NCBI GenBank assembly: GCA_964505035.1
Contig: CAZDGK010000001.1
Location: forward strand, 12,270-76,269
Source: an uncultured Candidatus Saccharimonadales bacterium
GTDB lineage: Bacteria > Patescibacteriota > Saccharimonadia > UBA4664
Direction: 5' to 3'
Length of the DNA: 64,000 nt
Positions 19,138 through 27,173 of this stretch are shown one piece after another; the first letter of the stretch is position 1; every line of letters begins with the position of its first letter. The position numbers and the translations under genes were made by a program. The notes under the pieces are model-generated. The model did no database searches. It was not told where the DNA came from and was given only the letters and a program-made list of their open reading frames with translations.

Positions 19138-20076
19138 ATGAAACAGCCGGACCAACCGCTTGATCTGGTGATTATTGGCGCGGGCCCAGCCGGTCTGGCC
19201 GCTGCTGTCTACGCCACTCGCGAGGGGCTTCGGGTGGCAGTACTCGAAAGAGCTGTCGTCGGCGGACTCGCCGCCATCACCGCCACCATCGACAACTATC
19301 CCGGCTTCGACCAAGGGGTCGGCGGCCTGGAGCTAGCCGATCACCTCGCTGCCCATGCCCACCGCTTCGGCGCCGATCTTCGCACCGGTATCGAGGTCAC
19401 CAAGCTCGAGGCCGGCGACGGGGGAGTGCAGCTCACCACCAACCAGGGGCCACTCCACACCCGCAGCGCACTGGTGGCCACCGGCTCGAGCTATCGCCGG
19501 CTCGATGTGCCCGGCGAAGACCGGCTAGTGGGCCGGGGTGTGCACTACTGCGCCACCTGCGATGGTCCGCTCTACCGCGGCAAGGAACTCGTAGTGGTAG
19601 GCGGCGGCAATTCTGCCATGCAGGAGGGGCTATTCCTGGCCCGGTTCGCCAGCCATCTCACTATCTTGGTACGTGGCCACTCACTTGGCGGCACTACCAT
19701 CCTGCGCAATCAGCTTGCCGCCCTGCCCAACGTCTCGGTCGTCTACGACACCCCAGTCACCAGCCTGTCCAAAACTGGCGGCCGGGTGCAGGTCAACCAC
19801 TTGGGCCCAGCGGGGAAGGCCGGCCACCTCACTACCGATGGCGTGTTCGTCTTTGTTGGCCAGCAGGCAAATACCAAAGCCTTCGCCAGCACCCTCAAGC
19901 TCGACCCCCAGGGCTACATCATCACGACACCCGACTTTCGCACCAACCTACCCGGGGTCTACGCCGCCGGTGATGTGCGCTCCGGCAGCACGTGGCAAAT
20001 CGCCAGCGCCGTGGGTGACGGCGTCACAGCCGCCCTGGCCATCCGGGCCGCGCTCTCTGGATCTAGCCGCTCCTAA
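19138..20076 (+). CDS. trxB: Thioredoxin-disulfide reductase.
   Basis: FAD motif 'IIGAGPAGLAAA', redox-active 'CATCDG' and NADPH motif 'VVGGGNSA'. Confidence 0.9.
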   Translation: MKQPDQPLDLVIIGAGPAGLAAAVYATREGLRVAVLERAVVGGLAAITATIDNYPGFDQGVGGLELADHLAAHAHRFGADLRTGIEVTKLEAGDGGVQLTTNQGPLHTRSALVATGSSYRRLDVPGEDRLVGRGVHYCATCDGPLYRGKELVVVGGGNSAMQEGLFLARFASHLTILVRGHSLGGTTILRNQLAALPNVSVVYDTPVTSLSKTGGRVQVNHLGPAGKAGHLTTDGVFVFVGQQANTKAFASTLKLDPQGYIITTPDFRTNLPGVYAAGDVRSGSTWQIASAVGDGVTAALAIRAALSGSSRS

Positions 20077-21392
20077 GGCGCTAGCCGCTTAGTGTCACGC
20101 GGGAATAGCGTGGCCTCCTTCACGTTGCCAAGTCCAATCAGCTCCTGCGTCACGCGCTCCAGCCCCATGCCAAACCCACCGTGCGGCGGCATACCATACT
20201 TGAAGGCCATCAGGAAGTTGCGGAAGCCCTCGCTGTCTGGGTCGCCCTTGGCCATTTTCTTTAGCTGAGCCACCAGCTTGTCGTAGTGGTGCTCACGCAT
20301 GCTAGTGGTCACCACCTCCACGCCCCGAAATAGCAAGTCAGCCCGCACTGCAATCTCTGGCCGCTCATCATCAATCTTGTGATAAAACTTCGCGTCCCGA
20401 GCCGGCCAGTCCGTCACAAACACCGCCTCGCTGCCCAGCTCTTTGGCGGCGTACTCGCAAACCCAGCGCTCTTCGGCTGGCAAAAGGTCCAGTTCGTCGC
20501 GAGTGTTCTCGCCGGTCGCCTTGGAATACAAGTCGTGGATCTCCGCCATCGTCAGTCGAGGCAGCTCCTCCTTGAGCTTTGGCTTAACCGCGCCCAGCAG
20601 TTCCAACTCGTCCTTGGCATGCTCCCAAGCATAGTCCACCATACAGCCGAGCAGCTCGCTGACCATCGTCAGCAGTTGGTCAAAGTCAATGAAACCGACC
20701 TCGGCATCGAGCGAAATATACTCGCTCATATGGCGCGTAGTCACACTGGGCTCAGCCCGGTACACCGGACCCATCTCATACACCCGCTCAAACACCCCCA
20801 CCATCATCTGCTTGTAGAATTGCGGTGATTGCGCCAGTGTGGCCACCTGGCCAAAGTAATCGGTCTTAAACACCTCGGCCCCGCCCTCCGTCGCACCAGG
20901 CAGCAGCTTGGGCGTGTGCACTTCGGTAAACCCACGCTCGTCAAAGTACTCCCGGAACGCCCGGCCCAGCGCTGCTTGTACACGAAAGATGGCCCGCTCG
21001 TTCAAGTTGCGCAAGCCGACTACGCGGTTGTCAAACAACGTGTCGAAGTTCTCGCTTTTGTGATCCAGCGGCTTGTCAATCTCGATCGGCATCACGTCGC
21101 TCACCGGGCTAATCACCGTCAGCTCCGGCTCATGCAGCTCCACGCCACCAGCTGCCCGCGGCTCATCGACCACCTTGCCTTTGATTCGTAGCACCGTGCC
21201 GGCATACAACCCCTCGAGCTTCGCCACCTGCTTTTCGTCCTTCACTACCGCCTGCACAATGCCACTACGGTCGCGCAACACCACAAAGCAGATACCGCCC
21301 AAGTCACGGCGCTTATGCAGCCAGCCACGTACCTCGACTACCTTGCCAATGTGTTTCTTCAATTCACCAATCACTAAATCGTGCATCATCAT
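20073..21392 (-). CDS. aspS: Aspartate--tRNA ligase, archaeal-type class IIb, probably non-discriminating.
   Basis: 439 aa. N-terminal OB fold. 'LAQSPQFYKQMM' is the AspRS QSPQ signature. Class-II motifs 2 and 3 are present. Confidence 0.8.
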   Translation of the reverse strand: MMMHDLVIGELKKHIGKVVEVRGWLHKRRDLGGICFVVLRDRSGIVQAVVKDEKQVAKLEGLYAGTVLRIKGKVVDEPRAAGGVELHEPELTVISPVSDVMPIEIDKPLDHKSENFDTLFDNRVVGLRNLNERAIFRVQAALGRAFREYFDERGFTEVHTPKLLPGATEGGAEVFKTDYFGQVATLAQSPQFYKQMMVGVFERVYEMGPVYRAEPSVTTRHMSEYISLDAEVGFIDFDQLLTMVSELLGCMVDYAWEHAKDELELLGAVKPKLKEELPRLTMAEIHDLYSKATGENTRDELDLLPAEERWVCEYAAKELGSEAVFVTDWPARDAKFYHKIDDERPEIAVRADLLFRGVEVVTTSMREHHYDKLVAQLKKMAKGDPDSEGFRNFLMAFKYGMPPHGGFGMGLERVTQELIGLGNVKEATLFPRDTKRLAP

Positions 21393-21646
21393 CTCCTAAT
21401 AAATACCAAAAACGCCCCGCAACTGCCGGCGATGTACCGGTCAAGCTGCAAGGACGAGTCGTGTCGTGGTGCCACCTTGCTTTACCGCCTATTTATAAGC
21501 GGTCTTATTTGCAGCTATGACGGGCATACCCGGGGAGTTCTAGTGATGGCGCCAAGGCGGCCACGTTCTTCTCCCAGCTCAGCGGTGTCAGCCGCGTCGT
21601 AGCTTGTGACCTCTTTGTAGCACAAACTGGTCACACCAGCAACTCC
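21393..21646 (-). promoter_or_regulatory. Candidate T-box-like leader of aspS.
   Basis: Minus strand reads ...GCAAGGTGGCACCACG.... This resembles the T-box AGGGUGGNACCGCG, with UGGC able to pair the tRNA's GCCA end. A downstream hairpin plus 'GCGUUUUUGG' follows, then an AGGAG RBS and the AUG. Leader is about 250 nt. Confidence 0.3.
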
Positions 21647-21691
21647 ATGCGTTACGTTGTCCTGACCCGCCCCATTCCGTACAATGCGATT

Positions 21692-22123
21692 ATGTTCAAA
21701 CGCCTCGCCGCCATTCTCGTCCTCACGTTGGCTCCGCTGACCGCCTCAGCCGATACCGCCAGTGAGCTCGGGCCCACCACGAGCGGAGGCACAGGTAGTC
21801 CGACCGGCGCCTCATCGTCTCTGCAGCCAGCCGGCACCTCACCAGTTCAGTCGAGCACAGGCGCCGGATCCCAGCTGTCTGCTCCCACCACCGGCGAGAC
21901 CCTGCAGGGACAGGACGCGTCACCGCAACTGCAACTCCTACTTCAGCAAGACGCCGACGGCACGCCGCAAAATGTCGCCGACCAGTCCGGCGGCGATCTG
22001 GTCTGGCTCGATGCCCTCGTTGCCTTTGTCACCCTGGCGGCCGTCTTTACCCTCCTAGCCACCGTCGTCCGCCGGCGCTTGGCCCGGCGCCTCACACCGC
22101 ATCAATCCCGCCCCAACCAGTAG
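21692..22123 (+). CDS. Secreted low-complexity (Ser/Thr/Gly/Gln-rich) protein with a C-terminal TM anchor.
   Basis: Signal peptide 'MFKRLAAILVLTLAPLTASA'. TACAAT 8 nt upstream of the ATG. The C-terminal hydrophobic helix is followed by RRRLARR. Confidence 0.45.
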   Translation: MFKRLAAILVLTLAPLTASADTASELGPTTSGGTGSPTGASSSLQPAGTSPVQSSTGAGSQLSAPTTGETLQGQDASPQLQLLLQQDADGTPQNVADQSGGDLVWLDALVAFVTLAAVFTLLATVVRRRLARRLTPHQSRPNQ

Positions 22124-22144
22124 CCGGCCGCATCAAAAACGGTT

Positions 22145-23806
22145 ATGCTGAGAGCCATGAAGGCCCGCTTAGCGCGACCCGTATTCGACCGGGACGAGCA
22201 CTATGAATCCGCCTCCCGGCAAATCCGGTGGGTCTGTTTTTCGCTCATTCTGATCACCTACCCAAGCAACCAACCCTTCAGCCTAGTCGTCCTCACCATC
22301 ATGATCGCGGTCGGCGTCTACAACCTCCTGCGCTATCACCCCAGCCTGATGGCCCGGCCGGCCTTTGCGTCACGCATCAATTCACTCACCGTCGACCACG
22401 TTTTTGTGCTGGCCATCGTCCTGCTATCGGGCGGTCTATCCAGCCCGTACTATCCGATGATTTTCCTGCTCATCATTGGCGTCATTGCCTCCTTTGGCGT
22501 GGCCGGATTCGCTCTGGCCCTCGCCGGCCAGCTCATCGTCACGCTCGTCATGCTGGCTTACCGCACCCCCACGCTGCCAGACTCGCCAGAGTTTGACTTC
22601 ATCATCCGGCTGGTACTGCTCGTCATCTTCAGCCTCGTCGCGGTCCAGTCGGTCCGCAGTCGCAACGAGGAGTACCTGCTCGAAACCCGTTTCAGCCACC
22701 GAGTCGAAAACGAGCGTCAGCGCCTGCTCAGCCTCATCAACTCGCTGTCCGACGCCGTCATCGCCATCGCGGCCGACGGCAAAGTCTACCTCTACAATGC
22801 TGCCGCGCTCGCCATCCTCAATACCAACCGCAACATCAATGGCTCACTCATCAGCGACCTCCTACCAATGCACGACTCCAAGTACGCCTCAGTCGACCTC
22901 ATGTCGCTCATCTCCAGCCTCACTCGCCAAACCAACCGCCAAGACCTCACCTACATCGCCAGCGACGGCTCCGAAATGGTACTCGACCTCACCATCTCAC
23001 CCGTCCACGTCATGGGCGGCAGCGGCCGCGGCGGCGGCTACATGCTAGTGTTTCGCGACATCACCAAGCAAAAATCGCTCGACGAAGAGCGCGACGAGTT
23101 TATCTCAGTCACTTCCCACGAGCTACGCACACCGCTGGCTATTGCCGAAGCCAATCTGTCCACCGCACTGCTGCCTGGATTCGCCAAAATTGACCCGAAA
23201 GCTCTCAATCTCCTCAACCAGGCTCATGACAATGTGGTATTCCTGAGCAAACTCATTCAGGATCTATCCACCCTGTCGCGAGCCGAGCGCGGCGACCTCA
23301 AGATCGAAAAAAGCGTGGTTGACCTCAAGGAGCTAGTCACCAACCTAGCCCGCGACTATCGCTCCCAGGCCGAGACCAAAGGCCTCAAGCTCGAGCTCGA
23401 GGTAGACGACGAGACGCGCAATGTCATCACCAGCGAGCCGGAGTTGCGCGAAATTCTCCAAAACTTCCTCACCAATGCCATCAAGTACACCACCAAAGGC
23501 TCGGTCACGCTCGCACTAACCCACCACCAGCACAGCGCCGACGTAACCGTTCATGACACCGGCATCGGCATCTCCGCCAGCGACAAGGCCAAGATATTCG
23601 CCAAATTCTATCGCTCCGAGGATTATCGCACCCGGGCCACCGGCGGCACCGGACTGGGGCTCTACATCACAAAAAAGCTAGCTGAGCGACTCGGTTTCGA
23701 GATCGAGTTCACCTCCAAGCTCAACCACGGCTCGACCTTCACTCTCCACTTGCCTTACCGTGTCAGCGACGAGCCGAAGCCTGCCACCCCCACACCTGTA
23801 CGGTAG
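22145..23806 (+). CDS. Sensor histidine kinase with an N-terminal multi-TM domain, PAS, HisKA and HATPase_c domains.
   Basis: H-box 'VTSHELRTPLAIAEAN'. G-boxes 'GGTGLGLYITKKLAERLGF'. Confidence 0.85.
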   Translation: MLRAMKARLARPVFDRDEHYESASRQIRWVCFSLILITYPSNQPFSLVVLTIMIAVGVYNLLRYHPSLMARPAFASRINSLTVDHVFVLAIVLLSGGLSSPYYPMIFLLIIGVIASFGVAGFALALAGQLIVTLVMLAYRTPTLPDSPEFDFIIRLVLLVIFSLVAVQSVRSRNEEYLLETRFSHRVENERQRLLSLINSLSDAVIAIAADGKVYLYNAAALAILNTNRNINGSLISDLLPMHDSKYASVDLMSLISSLTRQTNRQDLTYIASDGSEMVLDLTISPVHVMGGSGRGGGYMLVFRDITKQKSLDEERDEFISVTSHELRTPLAIAEANLSTALLPGFAKIDPKALNLLNQAHDNVVFLSKLIQDLSTLSRAERGDLKIEKSVVDLKELVTNLARDYRSQAETKGLKLELEVDDETRNVITSEPELREILQNFLTNAIKYTTKGSVTLALTHHQHSADVTVHDTGIGISASDKAKIFAKFYRSEDYRTRATGGTGLGLYITKKLAERLGFEIEFTSKLNHGSTFTLHLPYRVSDEPKPATPTPVR

Positions 23807-23914
23807 TCAGCGTTTTGTCAAAGTCACAGACAGGGCGCACACATTCCTGTAACCCTGCACAATAAAACTGGGGACGACCTCGGTATAACTCGTCCGCGCT
23901 CAGGCACAAGCACG

Positions 23915-25534
23915 TTGGAAAAAACCACCGGGAATGATTTAATAAAGCTAATGGTTTGTCCCAACTGTAAGTCGACCGACATCATTAGTGTGCAAGATGA
24001 GTTTTTCTGCATTGCCTGCGGTCAGACAGTGCCGAAGCCACCGGGCGCTAAAGCCGGTCCGGTAGCCGCCACCGTGACTCCAGACGATCTCAAGGCCGCT
24101 ATCGCCCGCGACCAACCACTGCCAGTCAAGTCTGATATGGCCGCCACTCCAGTTCCAACTCCAACTCCAGCTCCAGCACCGCCCACCCCGCCACCGCCGC
24201 CGGAAGCCGAGCCACCAAAACCTGAGCCTCCCACCGAGCTGGCCAAGTCCGAGCCGCCGCCTACCGTGCCCGCATCCGATCCCGAACCCGAGCCAGCACC
24301 AGCTGTCGCGGCAGGATCGCCTCTCATCATCAAGCGCCGCAAGCCCGGGCGCCCGAAGGCCGGCCGCTTGGATGTGCCGCTCGCCACTCCAGTAGCACCC
24401 GCACCCGTCGCCAGCGTCACGCCCGCCAAACCAGCCGCGCCAGCCATTCGCCCATCCAGCGTCCCGCGCCGCATCCTCACCGACATCGCCCCGCCAGTCC
24501 CGATCATCGGCAGTCCCGGGCAGCCTACTCCGGCCGCCGACCAGCCGCCAGTGCCCAGCCCCGTCAGGCCTGGCTCGTCACTTCACCTCACCCTGCTCGC
24601 CGGCGCCAGCCTGCACGAGCGGATCCGGCCGGCCGTTTTTGGCTGGTCGCTGCTGCCGGCCGCCTTTCTAGCCGTAATCATCAGCGCCGGCATCACCGTG
24701 CTGGTACGCGGCCACGTCAGCGACGTTTGGCAAGCCACTCAGCAAGCCGGCTGGGTGGTCTGGGGCGAACTCCTGCTCATCCTTGGACTCTACTATCTCA
24801 GCCACAGTCTAGTCAGCGCCGCCCTCACCTATGGCGCCGCTCGTCGTACCGACCACCGGCCAGTACCACCAGCCAGGCAATTCGCGGCTGCAGTCAATAG
24901 CTTTGGCCCCCGCCTCGGCCTGGACACCATCCTGACTATCACCCAGGCCGGGGTAATCGCCCTGGGCGCCCTCCTGCTGCTCAGTGGCCACCAAGCTTGG
25001 CCTCTCCCCGAGCTAGGACGCTATGCCGCGGTCTTCGTAGCCTTTGCCGCCCTCACCTACGTCATGGTCGGCCTCATTCTCATCCAGAATCTTGGCCGGG
25101 TTGGCCTCGGCCTAGCCGAGATCCGGGTCGTGCAGCAGCTAGCCATTAGCTGGCGGCTATTTCGCCGGCACTTTGAGCTAGTTGGCTTCCGGGCTCTTTG
25201 CCTCTTGCTCGAACTCATGCTGCTCGTGCCGTTCATAGCGGCCGCCGCCACCTTGCTGATTATGACGCCGCCCAGTCTCACCTGGGTCGTGGCCCTCGGC
25301 CTGATGGTCCTAGCCACCACCGCCGGCGCGTTGCTCGGCGGGGGGACTGCCGCCTGGTGGGAAACTGCTTACCGCCACCTCATTCAGTCAGACTATCCCA
25401 GCGACACCGGCAGCCTACTGTCCGGCCGCGCCGCCGGCAAACCGCAGCCGTTTGCCCTCGCCGTCACGGCTGGCCTCGCCGGTATGCTAATTGTGGCCGC
25501 CGTCGCCTGGCCCTGGCTGTCACTCTATATATAA
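23915..25534 (+). CDS. Membrane protein with an N-terminal zinc ribbon, a Pro-rich linker and a C-terminal polytopic domain.
   Basis: 'CPNCKS...CIACGQ'. PTPAPAPPTPPPPPEAEPPKPEPP linker. More than 6 TM helices at the C-terminus. Confidence 0.55.
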   Translation: MEKTTGNDLIKLMVCPNCKSTDIISVQDEFFCIACGQTVPKPPGAKAGPVAATVTPDDLKAAIARDQPLPVKSDMAATPVPTPTPAPAPPTPPPPPEAEPPKPEPPTELAKSEPPPTVPASDPEPEPAPAVAAGSPLIIKRRKPGRPKAGRLDVPLATPVAPAPVASVTPAKPAAPAIRPSSVPRRILTDIAPPVPIIGSPGQPTPAADQPPVPSPVRPGSSLHLTLLAGASLHERIRPAVFGWSLLPAAFLAVIISAGITVLVRGHVSDVWQATQQAGWVVWGELLLILGLYYLSHSLVSAALTYGAARRTDHRPVPPARQFAAAVNSFGPRLGLDTILTITQAGVIALGALLLLSGHQAWPLPELGRYAAVFVAFAALTYVMVGLILIQNLGRVGLGLAEIRVVQQLAISWRLFRRHFELVGFRALCLLLELMLLVPFIAAAATLLIMTPPSLTWVVALGLMVLATTAGALLGGGTAAWWETAYRHLIQSDYPSDTGSLLSGRAAGKPQPFALAVTAGLAGMLIVAAVAWPWLSLYI

Positions 25535-25541
25535 AGAAGAA

Positions 25542-25569
25542 GCCCCAGGCGCTGATACGCGCCCGGGGC
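25542..25569. terminator. GC-rich hairpin between convergent genes.
   Basis: GCCCCAGGCGC-tgatac-GCGCCCGGGGC, with one mismatch. Confidence 0.4.
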
Positions 25570-25577
25570 CCTGTGGC

Positions 25578-27173
25578 CTATCGCTTGATGGCCGGTCGGA
25601 TCTTATAGATCCGGATCGTTTCCTTGAAGCCGGTGAATTCGGCTACCACCGTACCGTACCCGAGCAGGCGAGTGAGCGCCTGACTAGTGGGTAGTTTCTC
25701 CGTGGTGGTTTCGTAGGTGATGATGAAATCGGGCCGGCCGGCTGCTTGCTCACACTCTTGTGCGTGTGTGATCTTGCAGTACGGCTGTCCGATCTGATTA
25801 CCGATAAATTCCTCGGTAATCACCTTGGCATCAGGCGGCGCGTTCTGCGCGTCTGCCATCCAGGCCAGTGTCTGCCCAACGGCGTTGTCCGGGTGGACCA
25901 CGATCCGTTCGGCGTATGACACCAACCCGCCGGCTATGACGAGCAGAGTTAGCGCCGTTACCATCACCTTTCTGAGCTTGCCCCAGGAGCGTTGCCGCAG
26001 CCACAGCTGCAGTTCCGCCGCCAGGTAGCAAGCCGCCGGCACGAGTATCAGTATCAGGTAATGCGGGAGCCACAAGTGCCCCAGCCCAAATACTGCGTAG
26101 CTCGCGAGAGCCCAGGCGAACAGCAGAGAGTTCGCGCGGCGTACCGGTTCGAAGCCTTCATTGCGCAGCGATCGCCACGCCAGAGGCACGTAACCAAACC
26201 ACGACTGCGGTTTACTGCTCAGGCGAACCGTGCGGACAGTTTCAATGAGAACCTGCCAACACCGCCAGAGCAGCAGCCCGCCCACCAGTGCCAGCAACCC
26301 TACCGATGCCAGGTAGATGCTGTACTGATGAACCAGCGGACCAACGGCACTCGAAGTGCCCTGAACCGCACCGCGCGACTTGACGATGCCAGTCGCGCGT
26401 AGCAATTGGTGGTAATTGTCAGATATGAACTGCTTGCCAGCCCACACCGACATGCCAAGTACGAACGCCACACCCATGGTCGCGGCGCCGGCCAGCACCG
26501 TCAGGAACTGACGGAGCCGGTAGCGCTCGAGCCACAGGTAGAGCAATCCGCCCAGCAGGAACGTCACCCCGACCAGCTTGTACACCGTGATGGCGCCAAG
26601 CACGAGCCCGGCTGCGTACAGCCGCGCCCAAGTCGGTCGTGTGCTGAGCCGCCAGAAGCCCCACAGAGCTATCAGCCCCAGTGGCACCTGGACGTTTTCT
26701 GCCCAGCCCACGCGGTTCGTAAATACCAACCAGCCGTCAAAGGCCACAAAAGCTGCTGCCAGCAAACCTGCCCCCTGTCCGACGAGTCGGCGCAGGAGCC
26801 AGGCGACCACGATGACCGTGGCCACGCCGGCGACAGCGCTCAGGAGGCGAGCCTGGGTCATCCCCGAGCCCACCAGCCTGAACCACCCCGCTTCCACCAG
26901 GAACAAAAATGGCGGGTGCGAAGTGTACGGTACAGCCTGGCCGATGTATTCGGCCTTGGCGCTCAGCTGGCCAGATGAGGCCAGCCGCGCCGCGATCGCC
27001 TCATACAGCGACTCGTCTACGTCGTAGCCGGGCCACGCATTTCGCCCGAACCGCAGAGCGGCTCCGGCAGCAGCGATCAGAACCACGGCCAGGCCGTACC
27101 AGTGGCGGAACAATGCGCCCCGCCACCTGTGCCTGTTGGGCACCAAGTTGGTCACCTGGCGTCCTCCCTCCAT
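25578..27173 (-). CDS. GT39 / PMT-ArnT-family (GT-C) membrane glycosyltransferase.
   Basis: 'YDVDESLYEAIAARL' DE motif in the first periplasmic loop. About 12 TM helices. The start is taken at M33 of the ORF; the ORF extends to 27269. Confidence 0.7.
   Translation of the reverse strand: MEGGRQVTNLVPNRHRWRGALFRHWYGLAVVLIAAAGAALRFGRNAWPGYDVDESLYEAIAARLASSGQLSAKAEYIGQAVPYTSHPPFLFLVEAGWFRLVGSGMTQARLLSAVAGVATVIVVAWLLRRLVGQGAGLLAAAFVAFDGWLVFTNRVGWAENVQVPLGLIALWGFWRLSTRPTWARLYAAGLVLGAITVYKLVGVTFLLGGLLYLWLERYRLRQFLTVLAGAATMGVAFVLGMSVWAGKQFISDNYHQLLRATGIVKSRGAVQGTSSAVGPLVHQYSIYLASVGLLALVGGLLLWRCWQVLIETVRTVRLSSKPQSWFGYVPLAWRSLRNEGFEPVRRANSLLFAWALASYAVFGLGHLWLPHYLILILVPAACYLAAELQLWLRQRSWGKLRKVMVTALTLLVIAGGLVSYAERIVVHPDNAVGQTLAWMADAQNAPPDAKVITEEFIGNQIGQPYCKITHAQECEQAAGRPDFIITYETTTEKLPTSQALTRLLGYGTVVAEFTGFKETIRIYKIRPAIKR

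Noticed and set aside
21381-21837. Short ORFs 21381..21602+ and 21652..21837- in the aspS upstream region.
   Set aside because: They overlap the putative aspS leader and the signal-peptide gene start. They have no RBS or recognisable product and are more likely non-coding.
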